This document shows positions 57,996-64,000 of a stretch of 64,000 nucleotides of DNA, piece after piece. Under the pieces are notes generated by a model. That model was not told the DNA's origin. It was given only the letters and a program-made list of their open reading frames with translations, and ran no database searches. The translations under genes and the position numbers were made by a program. The stretch is from an uncultured bacterium (GTDB lineage Bacteria > Patescibacteriota > Minisyncoccia > UBA6257 > 2-01-FULL-56-20). The stretch covers positions 438,808 to 502,807 of the forward strand of contig OY970354.1 of assembly GCA_963718515.1 (NCBI GenBank), given 5' to 3'. Within the stretch, counting starts at the first letter, position 1. Every line of letters begins with the position of its first letter.

Positions 57996-58415
57996 GCTGG
58001 CAATCCAGACGGTCGCTGTGGTGGTGCGCGCTCCAAAAGCGCCGCGCCGCGCAGAGGAAAGTCCGGACACTCTCCGTGGTTGTGTAATGCGAAAGCGTCG
58101 CGCGACACGGATAAAATAGTAGCGGCTAACAGCCGCCGTTCGCAAGAATAGAGGTGCGAGCAGTGACGTCCACGTTGGAAACGACGTGGAGGACCCCATC
58201 CCGAGCTTGATGGTCTAATTCCGCCATAGGGACAAAAAAGCGGAAGTGAAACGGCAAAATCCTTACTGAGTGCAAGGCCGTGCTCTTCGTCCATCCGCAA
58301 GGATAGCCGGAGAGAGTGCCGCACCGAGCCCGCGAGCAATCAAGGGCCCAGATAAATGATCGTCCGTTCCGCGCAAGCGGAGCCGACAAAATCCGGCTTA
58401 TGTATTGCCAGCAAT
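57996..58415 (+). ncRNA. rnpB: RNase P RNA (bacterial type A-like)
   Basis: It has the conserved P4 5' strand GAGGAAAGTCCGGAC (58052-58066) and the 3' partner ACAAAATCCGGCTTATG (58386-58402). P1 pairs GCTGGCAAT (57996-58004) with ATTGCCAGC (58404-58412). The overlapping ORFs 57903-58199(-), 57983-58339(-) and 58126-58389(-) are spurious. Confidence 0.9.
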
Positions 58416-58420
58416 CAGAG

Positions 58421-58445
58421 ACCCGTCAGAAATGGCGGGTTTTTG
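58421..58445 (+). terminator. rho-independent terminator of rnpB
   Basis: ACCCGTC-agaaat-GGCGGGT followed by TTTT. Confidence 0.65.
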
Positions 58446-58507
58446 ATTGTGCCTTGCTAAGTTAGTAAAATTGTGATATTGTATGTCCAGCTGGGAGGCG
58501 ACAAAGT

Positions 58508-58867
58508 ATGAATCATCCGCTGTTAGGTGACGTGGTTGTTTGGGATGAAGCAGTCTATCCGACCCTTGTAGGGGATATGATTAGCCGTCACGGAAAAGGG
58601 CCATTCAAAGTCGTCGGCTTACGGCTTCATCGCAAGGGCGTACAATCGCGTTGCCCCTATGCCATAAGCATTGAGCTTTCTGCTGACGACCATCAGGAGT
58701 TCGCGGGCGAGTGGTTCAAAAAAGCTCCTCTGGCCAAGACCAAGCAGACCAGGGGACCTTCATTTTCAAAACCAGTGCCGGATAGGAACCTGCTAAAGGT
58801 CGAACTTCCCGACGGACGGACGGAAGTAATCAATAAGGGGTACTTTAGAAGTTCAACAATAAATTGA
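58508..58867 (+). CDS. hypothetical protein
   Basis: 119 aa with GGGAGG 9 nt upstream of the ATG. No family was recognised. Confidence 0.55.
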   Translation: MNHPLLGDVVVWDEAVYPTLVGDMISRHGKGPFKVVGLRLHRKGVQSRCPYAISIELSADDHQEFAGEWFKKAPLAKTKQTRGPSFSKPVPDRNLLKVELPDGRTEVINKGYFRSSTIN

Positions 58868-58885
58868 ATTGATAAAAGATGTATG

Positions 58886-58918
58886 GGACGCACCAGTAAC
58901 ACGGTGCGTCCTTTTTTT
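58886..58918 (+). terminator. rho-independent terminator
   Basis: GGACGCACC-agtaacac-GGTGCGTCC followed by TTTTTTT. Confidence 0.75.
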
Positions 58919-58939
58919 CGGCTATGCTATTATAACGAT

Positions 58940-59254
58940 ATGAAAAAGCAGAGCATAGCATTAACAGGATTGCTTCACGCCGCTGCCGCGACGGCATATA
59001 TCGGCGTCGTTGCGTTTGTGATGAGTAACGGAAATACTTGGTTCGGACAAAAGGACGGTCCTTTTACTCCAATGGCGGCGCTGATGCTCTTCGTTCTTTC
59101 CTTTGGCGTCATGGCATGCCTTGCGTTTGTTCGACCGGCGCTGTGGTATCTGGATGGCAAAAAGAAAGAGGCAATTCAACTCCTTTCGTGGATGATCGTT
59201 TTCTTTTTTATTTTGACCGTGATCGCATTTGTTTGCGTGGCGCTCGTTCAGTAG
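58940..59254 (+). CDS. small membrane protein (3-4 TM)
   Basis: The start was set at ATG 58940 (MKKQSIALTGLLHAAAATAYIGVVAFV...). TGCTATTAT at 58925-58933 lies 6 nt upstream. Confidence 0.55.
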   Translation: MKKQSIALTGLLHAAAATAYIGVVAFVMSNGNTWFGQKDGPFTPMAALMLFVLSFGVMACLAFVRPALWYLDGKKKEAIQLLSWMIVFFFILTVIAFVCVALVQ

Positions 59255-59544
59255 CGGTGAAATTGACTTTTGCCTGATGTGGTGGTATTACTAGAGCGGA
59301 ATTTTGAATTCAAGATTTGAGACCAAGAGAGGAGAACGGTTTTGCTCAAAAGAGTGCAGTACGCAGTTCCGGATCACGTAGCCGAACGGCAACCATCCTT
59401 TTCGGAAGCGACTTGGGTTATTGTCGGCGATCGGTGCTACTTTTCTGTCACCACTAAGCAACCCTACGAAGCGACGCACGGAAAAAATATCATCCAGGCG
59501 ATCGCCAACGCATCCTGGGCCATTTTTCGTGTTATAATATCTTC

Positions 59545-60855
59545 ATGGATCCTGAGGCACATGATAGGCGACGGGGCTTTACGCTTATTGAGCTTTTGAT
59601 AGTGATCGCAATCATCGCTATCCTTGCAGTGGTCGTGATTCTTGCTTTGAATCCCGCAGAGCTCCTTAAGCAATCGCGCGACGCGCGGCGGCTCTCTGAT
59701 ATTTCCACCATCACCAACGCATTGAATGTTTATGCCGCCGATCAGACGGGAAGCACCAATTTTTCTTTGGGCGTTGCTTCGGATACCTATCCCTCGGTAC
59801 CCGATCCTTCCGCCACCTCCACTGCAGGGGATCAGTGCCAGGGACTCGGCATGCCCGGATTCCTCGCTTCCACTGGTGAATCATGGCAATGCGCTGCTAC
59901 CGGAAATTATCGCGCTACAAACGCCACCGGCTGGGTTCCCGTCAATTTTTCCCACATATCATCCGGTGCCCCCATCTCGGCGCTCCCCGTAGATCCTATC
60001 AACCAAACCTCGTCGGGTTTGTTCTATAGCTACAATGCGTTGGGGACCCAGTTTGAGGTGGTGACGGACCTTGAATCCCAAAAATATAAAAGCAACTTCG
60101 GAAGTTTGTCCCAAACCATTGACTTCCCCGAGGTTATCTCCGGAGGAACTCCCGGGGTGTCTGCGCTCTACAATCCTTCGGGGCTTTTGGGATACTGGCC
60201 GATGGATGAGGGATCTGGCTCTACGACAATTGATCAATCAGCGAATTTGGGTAATGGAACATGGAATGGAACGCCGATCGGGAATAATAATACCTACTAC
60301 ACTACGGGCAAAGTGGGAGCGTATGCCGGGGATTTTGACGGAACCACGGATTTTAGCGACATCGCCAACCAGGGAAATTTCAGCTTTCCGAACACTACCT
60401 TTACTGTCGCGGGGTGGTTCCAGACGGTGACCACGGCGGATGATTACCTGGTCGGGAAGGAGGGTAATACGGCCGGATGGGGAGTCGTTATTGATGGATA
60501 TTGCAATACCTCCGGCAATCTGGTGGTGGTCATTAAAGATGCGACGAATAATGAATACTATGAATGTTCGACAAACAAGACTCTCGACGACGGCAGTTGG
60601 CATTTCTTTGCCGCGGTGATCACGACGAATACCACAAACGCCGCACTCCAGACCTCCACGATATATATTGATGGCCTATTGAATAATGGCAGTTGGGCGG
60701 CCGATGCGCTTCCGTACAGCGTTTCTTCGGCTGATTTGAGGATTGGGGCAAGAACTACGGGGGCATTCTTCTCGGGCAGTCTTGATGACCTGCGTATTTA
60801 CAGTCGGGCGCTTTCTGCTGCGGAAGTTGCGGCCCTATATGACGCAGAGCACTGA
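59545..60855 (+). CDS. type IV pilin-like protein with large C-terminal LamG/ConA-like lectin domain
   Basis: 436 aa with the prepilin leader MDPEAHDRRRG|FTLIELLIVIAIIAILAVVVI (class III signal). The C-terminus ...FFSGSLDDLRIYSRALSAAEVAALY is typical of LamG_3 domains. TGTTATAAT at 59530-59538 lies 6 nt upstream of the ATG. Confidence 0.8.
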   Translation: MDPEAHDRRRGFTLIELLIVIAIIAILAVVVILALNPAELLKQSRDARRLSDISTITNALNVYAADQTGSTNFSLGVASDTYPSVPDPSATSTAGDQCQGLGMPGFLASTGESWQCAATGNYRATNATGWVPVNFSHISSGAPISALPVDPINQTSSGLFYSYNALGTQFEVVTDLESQKYKSNFGSLSQTIDFPEVISGGTPGVSALYNPSGLLGYWPMDEGSGSTTIDQSANLGNGTWNGTPIGNNNTYYTTGKVGAYAGDFDGTTDFSDIANQGNFSFPNTTFTVAGWFQTVTTADDYLVGKEGNTAGWGVVIDGYCNTSGNLVVVIKDATNNEYYECSTNKTLDDGSWHFFAAVITTNTTNAALQTSTIYIDGLLNNGSWAADALPYSVSSADLRIGARTTGAFFSGSLDDLRIYSRALSAAEVAALYDAEH

Positions 60856-60981
60856 TCTGGGATATTTTTTTCCCCAGTTTCGGGGGCCTTTTCCACACAT
60901 TATGCACTTTGCTGGGTTTTAGGGCCATTTTTACTGGCTTTTTGGACTTGACGCGATTTTTACAGGGTATATATTTGTATA

Positions 60982-61582
60982 CAGCTAGACGGAAAAAATT
61001 TTGAGATTGTTGGTGCGACGGGTAGTATCGCGGTGGGTTCTTACCGAAAGAACAAACTTTGCGCCCGGGATGAGTCCTTGGAAAATGATGGGGTGTTCCA
61101 CCGTCTGACGGAGGAATGCAACAGAATGATCCTAGTGGATCGATCTCGGCCTACTTGGTCGGACAAAAACAGGAAAACGCTGAAGCGGCCAAAAGCCACC
61201 GAGGCGTGTATCGGAAAGGGGAGGTTGACCCGGCGCAAGCTGGGAATGCTCCGCGGGAAGTCTTTTCGCACATTGCGCGCCTCGTCCAGCGACGAAGCAA
61301 ACACAGCGAGAGGTATTCCTTTCCCCAATTTCTGCCTTCGGAGTCAATGGATGCTTCGAGAATAACGGTGTTTCACCGTGTCGAGACGAAAGTCTCTTCG
61401 CAGGAGGTTCCTGTTCCAACATGTCCACATGCGGAGAGTGGAGGAAGCTCTGCTTCATCGATCATTAGCCATTGAGGCTTGCGAAAGCGAACCGAGAAGG
61501 TAAACGATCTGAAGCAGTTGCTTCCCCACTCAACCGTATGGTTCACACCGAACGGGATTGCCACGCGCAACCCCGTTTTTTC
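60982..61582 (+). ncRNA. candidate ~600 nt highly structured RNA, unclassified
   Basis: This 755 nt gap is non-coding, with only overlapping low-complexity ORFs on both strands. The promoter TTGACG-16-TATATT lies at 60948-60975 and the terminator AACGGG...CCCGTT+T6 at 61551-61582. Many short perfect hairpins are present, several with GNRA loops: GTTCTT-accga-AAGAAC (61038), GAGAC-gaaa-GTCTC (61383), ACGGTG-ttt-CACCGT (61364), GGCTTGC-gaaa-GCGAACC (61475), GAAGC-tct-GCTTC (61444) and GAAGC-agtt-GCTTC (61512). Confidence 0.45.
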
Positions 61583-61611
61583 TTGTGGTATGATATTTAT
61601 ATTCTTGGAGA

Positions 61612-62433
61612 ATGGACAATCGTAACCATATTCACCATTCCACGCGCCACATAACATTCAGCTATCCGGTATCGCTGTGGCAAAGGATCCATTCGGCATT
61701 CACACCGCTCGCCCTCATTGCACTGCTCTTTGTGGTGCTTAAGGCCGCGTCGATTTTCCCCGCCTTTCCTTCTAATACGCTGACTCCCGAGCAGATCGGC
61801 CTTGCTCTCCTCGCTACCTTCGCGCGCCTTTTTGTTGCCTATCTCGCCGCCCTTGTCTTTTCCATCCCTCTCGCCCTGCTCGTTGAAAAAAATGCGCTTG
61901 CGGAGCGGATATTATTGCCCGCCTTCGATGTCGCCCAATCGGTGCCGGTGCTCGCATTTTTTCCGCTCATCATTGTTCTTTTTATTCATGTAGGTTTTCT
62001 TGAAGGCGCCGCCGTGTTCACGATTTTTATTACCATGGTGTGGACGATGGTGTTCAGTTTGGTGGGCGGCCTTAAGGTGATTCCGTCGGACATCAAAGCG
62101 GCGGCAAAGGTTTTTAATATCACCGGCTTTTCCTATCTTAAACGCATACTCATTCCCGCGATCGTTCCGTATCTTGTTACCGGTTCGATCCTGACGTGGG
62201 CGCAGGGATGGAATATTGTCATTGTGGCGGAAGTGCTCCACACGTATATTCCGGGCGGGACTTCGCGAGATGACCTTTTTGGCATTGGCAATGTGCTTGT
62301 GAAGGCGGCGGCGAGCGGACAGAATGGAACCTTCATCGTTGCGATCCTCGTGATGATCGCGGCGATTGCCCTCATTAATTTTTTCGTGTGGCAAAAATTA
62401 TTACACTATGCAGAACGATACAAGTTCGAATAA
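61612..62433 (+). CDS. ABC transporter permease (NitT/TauT-type BPD_transp_1)
   Basis: 273 aa with six TM segments and an EAA-like loop region (ITGFSYLKRILIPAIVPYLVTG). TGGTATGAT lies upstream at 61586-61594. Confidence 0.75.
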   Translation: MDNRNHIHHSTRHITFSYPVSLWQRIHSAFTPLALIALLFVVLKAASIFPAFPSNTLTPEQIGLALLATFARLFVAYLAALVFSIPLALLVEKNALAERILLPAFDVAQSVPVLAFFPLIIVLFIHVGFLEGAAVFTIFITMVWTMVFSLVGGLKVIPSDIKAAAKVFNITGFSYLKRILIPAIVPYLVTGSILTWAQGWNIVIVAEVLHTYIPGGTSRDDLFGIGNVLVKAAASGQNGTFIVAILVMIAAIALINFFVWQKLLHYAERYKFE

Positions 62434-63136
62434 CATCATCGTCTTCGATAAGGTTTCGAAGATCTACGAGCCGAATAAAGAGGTGGCTCTGCGCGACGTT
62501 TCATTTTCGGTGAAGAACGGCGAGTTTGCGTGCATCATCGGCCCGTCGGGCGGGGGCAAATCCACAATCCTCAAGCTAATTGCCGGACTTGAAAAAGAAA
62601 CATCCGGGACGATCACCAAGCCGGAGCACATCTCCATGGTATTCCAGGCCGGTGCGCTTCTTCCGTGGCTCACCGTGTTCGAGAACGTCGCGTTGGGATT
62701 GCGGGCAAAGAACGAGCCGGAGAATAAGATCAGGGCGACGGTGGATAAATATATAGCGATGGTGGGTCTGCGTGGCATGGAAGAAAAATATCCGAGGGAT
62801 CTTTCCGGCGGACAGCGCCAGCGGGTAGGCATCGCCCGCGCGCTCGCCGTCGATCCGGAAGTGCTTCTGCTTGATGAGCCATTCTCCGCGCTTGATCCAA
62901 AAACCACAGAAGAGCTCCATAAGGATGTGCTTGCGATCTGGACGCAGACAAAAAAGACCATCGTGATGGTTTCGCACCTTATAGAAGAAGCGGTATCGCT
63001 CGCCGATAGCATTCTTCTCATTAAGAATTACGGCGTCGATCACACATTCTTGATCTTGTTGCCCCGGCCGCGGAGGGAGAACGAAGCAACCTTTGCCCAC
63101 GAGGTGGTACAGGTGCGGAGGGAATTTTTCAAATAG
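62408..63136 (+). CDS. ABC transporter ATP-binding protein (NitT/TauT/SsuB-like)
   Basis: The start was set at ATG 62408 (MQNDTSSNNIIVFDKVSKIY). Motifs are Walker A GPSGGGKST, signature LSGGQRQRVGIARA and Walker B LLLDEPFSALD. Confidence 0.85.
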   Translation: MQNDTSSNNIIVFDKVSKIYEPNKEVALRDVSFSVKNGEFACIIGPSGGGKSTILKLIAGLEKETSGTITKPEHISMVFQAGALLPWLTVFENVALGLRAKNEPENKIRATVDKYIAMVGLRGMEEKYPRDLSGGQRQRVGIARALAVDPEVLLLDEPFSALDPKTTEELHKDVLAIWTQTKKTIVMVSHLIEEAVSLADSILLIKNYGVDHTFLILLPRPRRENEATFAHEVVQVRREFFK

Positions 63137-63192
63137 AAAAATAAAATAATAGCGTGATGCCTCCCTGGGGATGATAGTTCGACATCACCCTA

Positions 63193-63681
63193 TTATTTTA
63201 TTTTGCCCTTGGGTTTAGCTTCCTTCTCAAGTATCTCGGAGAGGCTTAGTCTGCGGAGCAGGTACAGCAATAGTGCCAGGAGGAGCGCCGCGGCAACACC
63301 AAAGCGGGTGAGGCCGATGCCCACCAATGTCCCGATCGCCGCCGCCGTCCAGACGAGCGCTGCGGTTGTGACGCCATGAGGGTGGTCATTTAACTTTATA
63401 ATGAGGCCAGCGCCGAGGAATCCGATGCCGACGACGATGTTCGCAATAACGCCGAAGCCGGTGTTCAATGCCGTGATATCGGGAACGGTGCCTAGCGTGG
63501 ATGCCGTGATATAGGGGAGTGTGAGCGCGATCATCGCAAAGATGGACGCGCCGCCCGTGACGAGCATCGTCGTGCGGATCCCCGCGGCCTCTTTGCCGAC
63601 CAGCTCGCGCTCAAGTCCAAGGAGCGCGCCGAGCACAAGCGCGATCATGAACCTCACGAACATTTGTTCAAACGTCAACAT
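63193..63681 (-). CDS. mgtC: MgtC/SapB family membrane protein
   Basis: 162 aa with FVRFMIALVLGALLGLERE...GIRTTMLV...AALVWTAAAIG. Confidence 0.85.
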   Translation of the reverse strand: MLTFEQMFVRFMIALVLGALLGLERELVGKEAAGIRTTMLVTGGASIFAMIALTLPYITASTLGTVPDITALNTGFGVIANIVVGIGFLGAGLIIKLNDHPHGVTTAALVWTAAAIGTLVGIGLTRFGVAAALLLALLLYLLRRLSLSEILEKEAKPKGKIK

Positions 63682-63704
63682 TGTATTAATATTAGCATAA
63701 TCAT

Positions 63705-64000
63705 ATGCGTGAACGTACTTATATTAGGGATGTGGTGACACGGGAAGGCCAGGAAGTCGAGCTTTTTGGTTGGGTACACGCACGGCGCGATCACGGAAAA
63801 TTGGTGTTTATCGATTTGCGTGACCGGACCGGCATGCTTCAGGTGGTGCTCGGCCCGAATGTGGCGGGAGCGTCCGACCTGCGTCTTGAATATGTGGTGA
63901 AGATAAAAGGAAAGGTGCAAAAGCGTCCGGCGAATATGGTAAACGAAAAAGTTCCCACCGGGCATCATGAACTAAGTGCCACGGAGCTCGAGATCATAAA
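63705..64000 (+). CDS. aspS: aspartate--tRNA ligase, N-terminal part (3' end outside the window)
   Basis: Hand translation MRERTYIRDVVTREGQEVELFGWVHARRDHGKLVFIDLRDRTGMLQVVLGPN...VVKIKGKVQKRP matches the OB-fold anticodon-binding domain of AspRS. The frame is open to the window end. It is absent from the ORF track because no stop is present. Confidence 0.85.
   Translation, partial: MRERTYIRDVVTREGQEVELFGWVHARRDHGKLVFIDLRDRTGMLQVVLGPNVAGASDLRLEYVVKIKGKVQKRPANMVNEKVPTGHHELSATELEII

Noticed and set aside
57903-58389. ORFs 57903-58199(-), 57922-58119(+), 57983-58339(-) and 58126-58389(-).
   Set aside because: They fall entirely inside the RNase P RNA gene, which is identified by its P4 sequences and P1 pairing.
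59342-59599. 85 aa TTG-initiated ORF upstream of, and overlapping, the pilin gene.
   Set aside because: It has a GGAG upstream but no recognisable family. It overlaps the pilin promoter and start by 55 nt and has a low-complexity C-terminus. Support is insufficient to call it a gene.
61011-61582. Group II intron hypothesis for the large non-coding region (GTGCGAC at 61013, many GNRA loops).
   Set aside because: No domain V could be built. The only CCGTATGG...CCGAACGG candidate (61535-61558) lacks the AGC triad, the correct bulge position and a GNRA loop. There are also no flanking exons and no IEP.
61088-61582. tmRNA hypothesis, prompted by GGGGTGTTCCACCGTCTGACGGAGG resembling the tmRNA 5' end. 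The same was considered for the CCA-ending tRNA-like remnant at 35730.
   Set aside because: There is no matching 3' acceptor strand, no GGTTCGA-type T arm and no plausible tag-peptide frame ending in hydrophobic residues. The remnant at 35730 has only ~85 nt available before the real tRNA-Ala.
60982-61582. Known riboswitch classes upstream of the ABC transporter (cobalamin, TPP, guanidine-I/ykkC, Moco).
   Set aside because: The conserved cores are absent (B12 box, CTGAGA, GGTCCGAGAG / ACGGCGGGA-AAAGCCCGGGAG). The transporter also appears to have its own -10 box after the terminator.

Overview
The window is a 64 kb, mid-50s %GC, very gene-dense stretch of a small-genome bacterium. Short or domain-reduced housekeeping proteins, a type IV pilin-like adhesin, a lone T4SS-type coupling ATPase, a GT39 glycosyltransferase and many tiny membrane proteins suggest a Patescibacteria/CPR-like organism, but that is inference only. 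Recognisable content includes uvrB(partial)-uvrA-uvrC, recR-dnaB-cysS-corA, an hrcA-grpE-dnaK-dnaJ heat-shock operon, rnhB-rpmF-nusB-rnc-smc, rpsP-KH-efp-mnmA-proS and mreBCD-mrdA. It also includes rplU, pgk, ndh, ychF, radC, several ABC transporters, RNase P RNA, tRNA-Lys(UUU) and tRNA-Ala(CGC). No rRNA, CRISPR array or intact IS was seen.

Main points:
1. The best candidate for a new system lies at 14.5-17.5 kb. It is a translationally coupled operon: Zn-ribbon protein, then a GTP-cyclohydrolase-II-like enzyme, then an OMP-decarboxylase::guanylate-kinase-like fusion. A convergent paralogue of the same Zn-ribbon protein closes it, and AT-rich DNA with a serine-recombinase relic surrounds it.
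2. Two long non-coding intervals are each bounded by a consensus promoter and a terminator and are packed with short hairpins. They are ~310 nt at 52.86-53.17 kb and ~600 nt at 60.98-61.58 kb, the latter with GNRA tetraloops, and look like unclassified structured RNAs.
3. About 26 frameshifts are confined to roughly 8 highly conserved genes (uvrA alone has >=10), while about 45 kb of other coding sequence has none. This more likely reflects consensus or strain-mixing artefacts than real decay.
4. At least ten genes have a -10 box 6-8 nt upstream of the ATG, which implies leaderless mRNAs. One case is two back-to-back leaderless promoters in a 17 bp divergent spacer.
5. Smaller observations are a non-canonical CIRCE-like operator at hrcA, a partial tRNA-Ala duplicate, and an 87 nt perfect hairpin element.
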